Shown piece after piece: positions 18,065-25,759 of a DNA stretch of 64,000 nucleotides. The translations under genes were made by a program, and so were the position numbers. The stretch lies in the NCBI GenBank assembly GCA_035708205.1, contig DASSSY010000008.1:88314-152313 (forward strand). The letters are read 5' to 3'. The notes under the pieces are model-generated. The model had not been told where the DNA came from, ran no database searches, and saw nothing but the letters and a program-made list of their open reading frames with translations. The DNA comes from Edaphocola sp. (GTDB lineage: Bacteria > Bacteroidota > Bacteroidia > Chitinophagales > Chitinophagaceae). How positions within the stretch are numbered: position 1 is the first letter of the stretch; every line of letters begins with the position of its first letter.

Positions 18065-19280
18065 AGAAGTTATGATTTTTCAAAGTTGTGCCAACGCTAC
18101 CTAACATTCCGGAAGATGCCGCCATTTTCAGTTCTCCGTTTTCCCGAAGCAATCTGGTTTTTTCGCTATAATTAGAGAATGCTTTTGCAACCACATTTTC
18201 TCCAAATGGTTTTGATAATGCTTCCTTAATAAAATGCAAGCCTCGTTGTCTTATGGCGTACTGTAGATCAAGTTTAACCTGCTTAATCCACTTATAGAAA
18301 TTTTCTTGCTTTTGCGGGTTCTCCGGCCATTTATCAGCAAAGTTCTCGGTATCATTTACCGGATTACCAATCCATTTGATATTTTTTCTATATTTCTCTG
18401 AATATCGTTCTTCTATGAAAGCTGACATTCTTTCAACTACCTTCAACAAGGCTTCTATAATATCAGTTTCCTTATGATAGGCTCTGGCAGCAAGCGTGGT
18501 AATAATGATGGAAATAGGTTTATCTTCATCCCCGTTGAACATCATATCTCTATGTCGTTTCAAAATTTGAACGACACGTTGTAGAGGTAATTTTCTTGTC
18601 TGGTATTTAGGAACCGGCTGTACCGCTTCGCTCATCAGGCGGAGTTCACTTGTAAGCAATTTTGCTCTGTTTTCGAACCAGATACCATAGCCGAAGGGGT
18701 TACTCTTAGGCCACCATTCCGGTTGGGTTTCCATCCTATAATTTATTTCGAGTTTATCAGTGATGCGAATGGCAAGTGTTTCAAAATCTACGGTGGAAGC
18801 TGAAAGACTTTTTTCTAACAGAACCCGGTATCCACTACTTACAATAGCGGGTAAAATGTCCAGATGGAATTTGGCTGAATCTGCATACTGTAATGTCCAA
18901 CATCTTCTTCCGTCTGGTATTTTTAGCAGACGTTTTAAAGTTCCATGGTTAACCAGTCGCTGACCAACTATTTGTTTCAGATTATATTGCGTCCATTCAG
19001 GCCTTTTACCTTCAAGCCTACAAACTAAGTCAATATCAAGTTCATCATCATCATGTATAGGTTTAATCATTGTGCCCAGCATAAATGAACCTTGTGGCAA
19101 TATTTCCGGGTTATACGGAGAAAGATTCGATTCTGGAGCGGAAAGCCATTCCCCCACAAACTCATAACTTTTAACCGCTGCGTCATGCTGTTCTTTGGTT
19201 ATATCAAGCGACTTTCCTAATTCTTCCAGTATATCACTAAATTGTTTTTTTTGTTCTGCTGTAAGCATATTAAATAGCAT
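18045..19280 (-). CDS. SMODS / CD-NTase-like nucleotidyltransferase (411 aa)
   Basis: QGSFMLGT, ELDIDLVC and FHLDILPAI form the catalytic triad layout. Downstream are WPKSNPFGYGIWF and LQRVVQILKRHRD helices. The start overlaps the hsdM stop by 11 nt. Confidence 0.75.
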   Translation of the reverse strand: MLFNMLTAEQKKQFSDILEELGKSLDITKEQHDAAVKSYEFVGEWLSAPESNLSPYNPEILPQGSFMLGTMIKPIHDDDELDIDLVCRLEGKRPEWTQYNLKQIVGQRLVNHGTLKRLLKIPDGRRCWTLQYADSAKFHLDILPAIVSSGYRVLLEKSLSASTVDFETLAIRITDKLEINYRMETQPEWWPKSNPFGYGIWFENRAKLLTSELRLMSEAVQPVPKYQTRKLPLQRVVQILKRHRDMMFNGDEDKPISIIITTLAARAYHKETDIIEALLKVVERMSAFIEERYSEKYRKNIKWIGNPVNDTENFADKWPENPQKQENFYKWIKQVKLDLQYAIRQRGLHFIKEALSKPFGENVVAKAFSNYSEKTRLLRENGELKMAASSGMLGSVGTTLKNHNFYGKEEQ

Positions 19281-20829
19281 TTAATTGTTTAAGGTATTTA
19301 TCCATTTCCGCTTGTACGGTTTTCAATTCGTCTTCTAATTGCTCTATCTCATTTTGCACCGCAGCAATATCCACTTCTGGTTCTTCTTCAAAAGTATCCA
19401 CATAGCGGGGTATATTCAGGTTAAAGTCGTTTTCCTCTATTTCTTCAAAAGTGGCTATATAACTATATTTATCTTCGACCACACCCGGTTGTAGTTTGCC
19501 GGCGGTAAAACCCCGGTAAGTATTTACAATATGGTCAATATCCTCTGGGCGCAGCTTATTTTGATTTTTGGCGCTTTCATAGTGCTTGCTGGCATCAATG
19601 AACAATACATTATTGCTGCTTTTCACCTTATTAAAGATGAGAATGGCCGCCGGAATACCGGTACCAAAAAACAGGTTGGCCGGTAAGCTAATAACGGCTT
19701 CCAACAGATTTTCTTCAATGGTTTTTTTACGAATCTTCCCTTCGCTGGCTCCACGAAATAACACACCATGAGGTACGACCACGCCCGCTTTTCCGTTCTC
19801 ATTCAACGTTTCTATCATGTGGGTAATGAATGCCCAGTCGCCTTTGCTCTTGGGCGGCACACCCCGCCAAAAGCGGTTGTACTTATCCGTTTCCGGGTCA
19901 TAGCTAACGGTAGTTTTTTCGCCGTCTTTATCTTCCACCTTTCCCCATTTGTCCAAAGAAAAGGGCGGATTGGCTACAACGGTGTCAAATTTCATCAAAG
20001 CATCGCCTTCTTTAAGCTTGGGGTTACGAATAGTATCGCCCCAGCGAATGGTGGCGTTGTCAAAGCCATGCAGGAACATATTCATCACCGCCAGCGCCCA
20101 GGTGCTGCCATTGGCTTCCTGTCCATAGAGCGAAAAATTATCGGAACCTACTTCTTCACCTGCTTTTATCAGCAATGAAGCAGAGCCGCAGGTAGGGTCG
20201 GCAATGCGAGACCCCGGCTTTGATTTAGTAAGTTTGGCAATGAGCGTAGATACTTCCCTCGGGGTGAAAAACTCCCCCGCCTTTTTCCCGGCATCGCTGG
20301 CAAAGTTTTCAATCAGGAACATGTACGCACCACCAATAATATCCACGCCATCTAAATGAGAGGGCCTTAAATCAAGATCTTCTTTATTAAAATCCAGCAA
20401 CAGGTTCTTCAATCGGATATTTTTATCCTTCGTTTCCCCCAACTTGCTGCTGTTAAAGTCGATATTCTGGAATATACCGGCGCCATCTTCACTGTATAAT
20501 TTTTCGCGATTGGCTTCTTCCAAATCCGCCAAGGCAATATTAATCAGTTCGCCGATATTGGCCTCATTACGATGGTCATATAAGTATCTAAAGTGACTTT
20601 GTTCAGGCACAATAAAGCGTTCGTGCTGCATGGCACGCTTGGCGCGTTCTGTATCCCCATTGTATTTTTTCAAGTAAGCTTCATACTTATCGTCATACAC
20701 ATCGCTGAGGTATTTGATGAACATCATGGTCAGCACATAATCTTTGTAAACACTTGGATCAATGCTTCCACGAAACGTATCGCAGGCTTTCCAGACGGCA
20801 TCATTGATTTTTTTTTGGGTTATCTTCAT
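19270..20829 (-). CDS. hsdM: Type I R-M DNA methyltransferase subunit M (N6-adenine)
   Basis: HsdM N-terminal domain, SAM motif DPTCGSASLL, and catalytic VVANPPFS. Confidence 0.95.
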   Translation of the reverse strand: MKITQKKINDAVWKACDTFRGSIDPSVYKDYVLTMMFIKYLSDVYDDKYEAYLKKYNGDTERAKRAMQHERFIVPEQSHFRYLYDHRNEANIGELINIALADLEEANREKLYSEDGAGIFQNIDFNSSKLGETKDKNIRLKNLLLDFNKEDLDLRPSHLDGVDIIGGAYMFLIENFASDAGKKAGEFFTPREVSTLIAKLTKSKPGSRIADPTCGSASLLIKAGEEVGSDNFSLYGQEANGSTWALAVMNMFLHGFDNATIRWGDTIRNPKLKEGDALMKFDTVVANPPFSLDKWGKVEDKDGEKTTVSYDPETDKYNRFWRGVPPKSKGDWAFITHMIETLNENGKAGVVVPHGVLFRGASEGKIRKKTIEENLLEAVISLPANLFFGTGIPAAILIFNKVKSSNNVLFIDASKHYESAKNQNKLRPEDIDHIVNTYRGFTAGKLQPGVVEDKYSYIATFEEIEENDFNLNIPRYVDTFEEEPEVDIAAVQNEIEQLEDELKTVQAEMDKYLKQLNAI

Positions 20830-20848
20830 TAGATATGAGTTATGAGAT

Positions 20849-21211
20849 TTAAGATTTGAGATTTTTTTGTTTGATCGTTAAGATAGTACTTCGAAGCATT
20901 TTCAAAATTTGAGTAGCCTCGTCAGATAGCTTTTCGAATGCACCCTTGTTAATATATTCGGTAAAATAAAGTAATTCCAACCAGTAAAGAGCCTCATCGC
21001 ATTCTTTTTGAGCGATACCAAGTTTATGCACAAAATCATTTTTGCTTTCAGCGTTTTTTGCTTCACGAATATTCGCACCGACCGAAGTACCTGAACGAAG
21101 TAGTTGTTTGCTCATTACAAATTCTTTCTTTTCTTCAGCCAGTGTTTTATACGCCTTCACCACTGAAATAGCAAAAGCAAAGGATTTTTCTTTTAGTATT
21201 GATTGGCTCAT
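20849..21211 (-). CDS. Four-helix-bundle protein (23S rRNA-intervening-sequence protein family)
   Basis: 120 aa with KSFAFAISVVKAYK...QLLRSGTSVGANIREA...SKNDFVHKLGIAQKECDEALYWLELL, typical of TIGR02436-type proteins. Confidence 0.75.
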   Translation of the reverse strand: MSQSILKEKSFAFAISVVKAYKTLAEEKKEFVMSKQLLRSGTSVGANIREAKNAESKNDFVHKLGIAQKECDEALYWLELLYFTEYINKGAFEKLSDEATQILKMLRSTILTIKQKNLKS

Positions 21212-21214
21212 ATC

Positions 21215-21781
21215 TTATCTCTCATAGTTTATAGCTTGAATAATTTGTTGTTGAATTTGTTGCTCCCGAAGTGAATCAATTTTCTGCTTCAGTACTCTTT
21301 CCCTATTCCGGAGTTTGGTAATTCGGAGGATTTTATTTTGTATTTCAATGTTGGGAATGGTAATCTCCAAGCCTTCTAAAACCGTTTTTGAGATAGAAGC
21401 CATCGAAGTTCCGATTGCCTGCTCTTTTAAAATTGTCCGAACAGCATGGTTATTAAGAAACCAAACCAAATATTCCGGCAGCACATTTTCGTCTTTAATC
21501 TTGATGACAAAAAAAGAGGTTGAAGCCACGGCGGGACGGTTATGACTTTCATAAATTGCCGCAAAATTCTTCGTGCCTTTAGCAGCAAAGAGCACATCGC
21601 CCGGCTTTAAAAGATGCCTTTCGGGAATGTCATCTGCAAATAAATCAGGAAAAAGCGTGGTTTGCAACTGACCATAATCGTCAAAATGCTTGACTTGTAG
21701 GTATAGTACATCACCTCTTCCCATTGGTTTTCCAAACAGCCCGGTTCGAATTTTAGCAATATCTTTGATGAGTTTTTCCAA
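21215..21781 (-). CDS. hsdS: Half-size type I specificity subunit (single TRD)
   Basis: 188 aa with one TRD, an ITIPNIEIQNKI motif and a coiled-coil tail. It is the first gene of the operon. Confidence 0.7.
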   Translation of the reverse strand: MEKLIKDIAKIRTGLFGKPMGRGDVLYLQVKHFDDYGQLQTTLFPDLFADDIPERHLLKPGDVLFAAKGTKNFAAIYESHNRPAVASTSFFVIKIKDENVLPEYLVWFLNNHAVRTILKEQAIGTSMASISKTVLEGLEITIPNIEIQNKILRITKLRNRERVLKQKIDSLREQQIQQQIIQAINYER

Positions 21782-21805
21782 ATTTATTCTTTTGTATTGA
21801 AGCTA

Positions 21806-21813
21806 CAAAAATA
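21806..21813 (-). promoter_or_regulatory. Bacteroidota -7 promoter motif TATTTTTG (TAnnTTTG) for the R-M/defence operon
   Basis: The minus strand reads TATTTTTGTAG, 25 nt upstream of the half-hsdS ATG. An identical 11-mer is repeated at 21867-21877. Confidence 0.45.
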
Positions 21814-22096
21814 GATAATGTTTTATAATCAACCAAATTTTTATAAAAAAATCCTAAGTAATTTTTCTACAAAAATACTTCTGCACCAAAAAAGGCCGAG
21901 TTCCGAGTGCCTTTTGTATCTCCGCCGGCGACTTTGGAGCTGGTGTGAAAGACGTTTGTCATACAAACGTACATCTTGTTGCCTGCGCTCCGAGGCAGGG
22001 TACGCTTAAAGTACCTGAGTTGGAGTCTTTCTTCAAATAAAGATATTTGGCCGCAAATTTGCTTTTAAAGTCCATTGTGGAAAGCCGGAAGGAAAA

Positions 22097-22320
22097 CGTT
22101 CCATTTCGTTCCGTTTTTCGTTCCATTTTTAGGAATAAACTATTTGAAAATAAACGGGTTATCCCTGTTTTTCGTTCCGTTCCGTTTTTGAACTGGGGCG
22201 TTCCATTTTCGTTCCATTTTACCGGAGAACGTTCCATTTTTTAAAACATTTACGTTGATAATCAAATAATTATAGACGCCTTGCGTTTCATTTCCGCATA
22301 AAACAAAATGGAACGGAACG
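22097..22320. repeat. Iteron-like cluster of at least 8 copies of CGTTCC(A/G)TTTT
   Basis: Direct copies at 22097, 22107, 22119, 22173 (doubled), 22199, 22210 and 22230. One inverted copy at 22305-22320. Confidence 0.85.
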
Positions 22321-22465
22321 ATGACTGAATTCAGGTGGCTGTGATGCAATATTTTCAATATTATTTGAAGGCTTTTGCGATGATTTATCTATTCGCCCCG
22401 AACTTTTGGGGAAATTGGCCAACGCCACTGAAATTCTCGCCTTTCCCATCCGGGAAAATGCCACA

Positions 22466-23719
22466 TCAAAGATGTAATTTTTTCTTCCTCTGATTCAATC
22501 TTCTTTCAACACTCGACATATCCGCGCCGATTTTTTCCTCATCTACTTCCGCATAAATTTGCGTTGTCGTTATTTTCGTATGTCCAAGCATCTTGGAAAC
22601 CGTTTCGATGGGAACACCGTTTTTCAGGGTTACCGCAGTGGCAAAAGTATGCCGGGCAAGATGGAAGTTCATCTCCTTGGTAATGCCGCAAACGGCACCG
22701 ATAATTTTTAAATTCCGGTTGACTTCCTGATTGGATATTGGTGGGAAAATGGTTCCGTTTTGTAATGCCCGCGGGTCATTTTTGTATTTATCCATGATAA
22801 CAATCGCAGCATTTAGAACAGGAACAGCAGACAATTCTTCCGACTTTTTCCGGTAAGTATCTATCCATAATTTTCCATCGTTGGCGACCAAAAGGTCATC
22901 TTTGGTGAGCTTGGCAACATCCGCATAGGCAAGGCCGGTGTAACAGGAAAATAAAAATAAATCTTGTACCAAAATCAATTTCGGATTACTGAATTGCTTT
23001 TCTTCTATGCTGATTAACTCCGGAATTTGTAATTTTTTTCTTTTGACTTTCTTTTTTTTAATCTGGTAATTTTCAAACGGATTATCTTTTATCCAGCCCA
23101 ATTTCTTCGACCATTTGACCATTTTCTTTAATCGTTCCAGATGTTTGGCAACGCCGTTACCTTTACAAACATCCCATTTTTTGATGGGGTAATGCCGTAT
23201 ATAATGCTCCAGCTCGGTAATAAATTGGTAATCCAGCTCGGAAAGAAAAATATCTTCCCGTTTAAAATTAACCTTCAGAAAACGCCGAATGTATTCCTCG
23301 GTGGTGACATAATTTTTCATTGTTCCGGGCGCCAATATATCGCGGTTAATGTCAAGATGGTATTTAAGCAATTGAAGAAGCGTAGGCGCAGATCGGTCTT
23401 GACCTAAAAATTTTTCTTTCAAAATTTCGGCGGATACCGGTTTTTGATGCAATACCATGTCATCATAAAAGTGATGAATCTTTAGTTTAACTTTTTCAAG
23501 GTAGAGATTAAGCTGTTTGATTTCCGGTGTTGCACCTTTAATTTTATCATCTTTCGCCAGCCAGATATTTACGGGAATTCTTCGTTTCAAGGAAATGTCG
23601 GCATTCTTTCTGTTGACGGAAATGAGCAGATAAAGGGGGGCCGTTCCTTCTTTGGTTTTGTACTTCTTTACAAAAAATGATACACCGAGTGTTGGCGTTT
23701 GTTGAGTCATGACATCCAA
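22466..23719 (-). CDS. Tyrosine site-specific integrase (Bacteroidota arm-binding type)
   Basis: N-terminal arm-DNA-binding-like segment (GVSFFVKKYKTKEGTAPLYLLISVNRK), HLARHTFAT, and LGHTKITTTQIYAEV with the catalytic Tyr. Confidence 0.9.
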   Translation of the reverse strand: MDVMTQQTPTLGVSFFVKKYKTKEGTAPLYLLISVNRKNADISLKRRIPVNIWLAKDDKIKGATPEIKQLNLYLEKVKLKIHHFYDDMVLHQKPVSAEILKEKFLGQDRSAPTLLQLLKYHLDINRDILAPGTMKNYVTTEEYIRRFLKVNFKREDIFLSELDYQFITELEHYIRHYPIKKWDVCKGNGVAKHLERLKKMVKWSKKLGWIKDNPFENYQIKKKKVKRKKLQIPELISIEEKQFSNPKLILVQDLFLFSCYTGLAYADVAKLTKDDLLVANDGKLWIDTYRKKSEELSAVPVLNAAIVIMDKYKNDPRALQNGTIFPPISNQEVNRNLKIIGAVCGITKEMNFHLARHTFATAVTLKNGVPIETVSKMLGHTKITTTQIYAEVDEEKIGADMSSVERRLNQRKKKLHL

Positions 23720-23873
23720 ATTTTAAGGTTTGTGATTAATCTGTTTCAAAAGGGCACGATTTCAGACGAAAAGGGCAAAACCAACATTAATTGAAACCAA
23801 ATAAAATTGAACTAAAAAATTGATAGTCATTGGGTTATCCTATTTTGTGCCCCCGAAGATAGGGCATAAAAAG

Positions 23874-23892
23874 GGGCCACGAATAGGGCACT
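23874..23892 (+). repeat. 19-mer gggccacgaatagggcact, candidate arm-type site (integrase-proximal arm)
   Basis: Exact copy of 7284-7302. A degenerate neighbour, ccccgaagatagggcat, lies within 23848-23868. Confidence 0.6.
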
Positions 23893-23993
23893 TTTTTAAT
23901 GATTTTGGATGGTAAGATTTGACTTGCAAAAAATAGAAAAGCCGCTAAAATCAATGATTTAGCGGCTTTCGGGTTTTGTTGAACCCTGTAAAA

Positions 23994-24009
23994 GTCGGGA
24001 AGACAGGAT
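23994..24009. repeat. tRNA-proximal att core
   Basis: Overlaps the last 15 nt of tRNA-Pro plus 1 nt beyond. Confidence 0.85.
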
Positions 24010-24068
24010 TCGAACCTGCGACCCCCTGGTCCCAAACCAGGTGCGCTACCGGCCTGCGCTACTTCCCG
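23995..24068 (-). tRNA. tRNA-Pro (anticodon TGG)
   Basis: Hand-folded cloverleaf: acceptor CGGGAAG/CTTCCCG, anticodon stem CCTGG/CCAGG with loop TTTGGGA, and T-loop TTCGAAT. 74 nt, CCA not encoded. Confidence 0.9.
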
Positions 24069-24106
24069 AAACCATTTTTGCCATCAACCTGCCGGTGTTG
24101 ACGGAG

Positions 24107-24193
24107 CGGTGAGGGCGGGATTCGAACCCGCGGTACAGTTTCCCGTACGGCAGTTTAGCAAACTACTGATTTCAGCCACTCATCCACCTCACC
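24107..24193 (-). tRNA. tRNA-Ser (anticodon GCT)
   Basis: Acceptor GGTGAGG/CCTCACC, anticodon loop TTGCTAA, long variable arm, and T-loop GGGTTCGAATCCC. 87 nt. Confidence 0.9.
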
Positions 24194-24223
24194 TCGTCTC
24201 AAGCCCGCTTCTGAAGCGGAGCG

Positions 24224-24231
24224 CAAAGGTA
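24224..24231 (-). promoter_or_regulatory. -7 promoter motif TACCTTTG upstream of the tRNA-Ser/tRNA-Pro pair
   Basis: Minus-strand TACCTTTG lies about 31 nt upstream of the tRNA-Ser 5' end. Confidence 0.4.
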
Positions 24232-24283
24232 ATGATTCTTTTTTTTATTCAGCAAGGAAATTTATCACTTTTTTCAAAAAATA

Positions 24284-25759
24284 TTACATGGCCGCCAGCT
24301 GTACTTTGTGTTGTAGTTCCAAAAATTTTTCCCGGTAATCAGGGTCGGTCTCTAACCTGTTTTTGACGGTCTGGCAGGAATGCATGACCGTGGTATGGTC
24401 CTTCCCGTTGAAATGTTCACCGATGCTTTTGAATGAGCTTTGGGTAAATTTTTTGGCTAAATACATCGTGATCTGCCGGGCCTGGACGATCTCTTGTTTC
24501 CGCGAACGGGACATGAGATCGCTGCTGGAAATATTGTAAAAAGAAGACACCATTTTCTGAATAGCCTCGATATCCAGTTCCCGGCTGCTGGTTTTGATAA
24601 AATTACGGAGTACCGCCTTGGCCAGTGCCAGATCGATCTCTTTTTTGTTGAGCGTGGCCTGGGCAAAAAGGGAAATAACAGTTCCTTCCAGGTCACGGAT
24701 ATTATCCTGGACATTATAAGCAATATATTGCACCACTTCATCTTCTATTTCCAGGCCTTCATTGTGCATTTTCATTTCCAGGATGGCTTTTCTGGTATCG
24801 TAATCCGGACGGGTAATTTCGGCATGCAGGCCCCAGCGGAAACGGCTTAACAGGCGTTCCTGCATCCCTTCTAAATTTTTAGGTGGCGTGTCGCTGCTCA
24901 ATACGATCTGCTTACCGTTTTGGTGCAAATGATTAAAAATGGCGAAGAACACGTCCTGGGTCTTTGCCGCACTAACGAAGAAGTGAATATCATCCAGGAG
25001 CAAGACATCGATCATCTGGTAAAAATGGATGAAATCGTTGATCTCGTTATTTTTGGAATGGTCGATGAACTGGTTGATAAATTTCTCAGCGCTGACATAC
25101 AAAACCGATTTTGCCGGATGCGCTCTCCTGATCTCGTTGCCGATGGCCTGCAGTAAATGCGTTTTTCCGCAGCCGGTGCTGCCAAATACCATTAGCGGGT
25201 TAAAAGCCGTTGTACCGGGCTTTTGCGCGATGTGCATGCTGGCATTCCTGGCCAGGCGGTTGCAGTCGCCTTCGATATAGTTCTCGAAAGTAAGATTGGC
25301 ATTCAATTGCGGGTCGATCTGCACCCGTTTCATGCCGGGAATGGTAAACGGATTCTTTATTTTATTGGGGTCTTCGACCACATAATCCATTTGTACATAG
25401 TTGCTCGTATTCTTTTTGGGATAGCTGCTCCCGGGCAGCTGCATAGTTGCCGGGGCCTGCTTCTGACGGGTATCGCTTTCCATCTGAATACGGTATTCCA
25501 GCCGTCCTTCCCGGCCCAGAACACGTTTTATGGTCTTGCCTACAAGCTCTACATAATGTTCCTCCAGCCATTCGTAAAAAAACTGGCTGGGCACCTGAAT
25601 GGTCAATACGCTGTTCTGTAAATGGACGGGTCTTATGGGGGCAAACCAGGTCTCAAATGCGCGCCAATTTACGTTGTCCTTAATGATCCTAAGGCAATCT
25701 TCCCAAGCTTTTTGCGAATCCAAAGATTCAGGTGAAGTTGTAAATTGTTTTGCTGTCAT
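24284..25759 (-). CDS. dnaA: Chromosomal replication initiator DnaA
   Basis: AAA+ Walker A GSTGCGKTHLLQAIGN and C-terminal DNA-binding signature (IVQARQITMYLAKKFT...GKDHTTVMHSCQ). Confidence 0.97.
   Translation of the reverse strand: MTAKQFTTSPESLDSQKAWEDCLRIIKDNVNWRAFETWFAPIRPVHLQNSVLTIQVPSQFFYEWLEEHYVELVGKTIKRVLGREGRLEYRIQMESDTRQKQAPATMQLPGSSYPKKNTSNYVQMDYVVEDPNKIKNPFTIPGMKRVQIDPQLNANLTFENYIEGDCNRLARNASMHIAQKPGTTAFNPLMVFGSTGCGKTHLLQAIGNEIRRAHPAKSVLYVSAEKFINQFIDHSKNNEINDFIHFYQMIDVLLLDDIHFFVSAAKTQDVFFAIFNHLHQNGKQIVLSSDTPPKNLEGMQERLLSRFRWGLHAEITRPDYDTRKAILEMKMHNEGLEIEDEVVQYIAYNVQDNIRDLEGTVISLFAQATLNKKEIDLALAKAVLRNFIKTSSRELDIEAIQKMVSSFYNISSSDLMSRSRKQEIVQARQITMYLAKKFTQSSFKSIGEHFNGKDHTTVMHSCQTVKNRLETDPDYREKFLELQHKVQLAAM

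Larger units (their letters stand above)
7207..24009. mobile_element. tRNA-Pro-integrated genomic (defence) island, ~16.8 kb
   Basis: A 16-bp direct repeat gtcgggaagacaggat occurs at 7207-7222 and 23994-24009, the latter being the 3' end of tRNA-Pro. A tyrosine integrase lies next to the tRNA. Cargo is R-M and defence genes, all on the minus strand. The island is visibly more AT-rich than its flanks (not computed). Confidence 0.85.

Noticed and set aside
21959-22358. ORFs 21959-22237(-), 22047-22244(+) and 22140-22358(-)
   Set aside because: Their sequences (NGT, ERK and FRS repeats) are direct translations of the CGTTCC(A/G)TTTT repeat array and are open on both strands. They are not credible proteins.
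23835-24366. ORFs 23835-24035(-) and 24109-24366(+)
   Set aside because: They overlap tRNA-Pro and tRNA-Ser respectively, so they are artefacts of GC-rich tRNA sequence.
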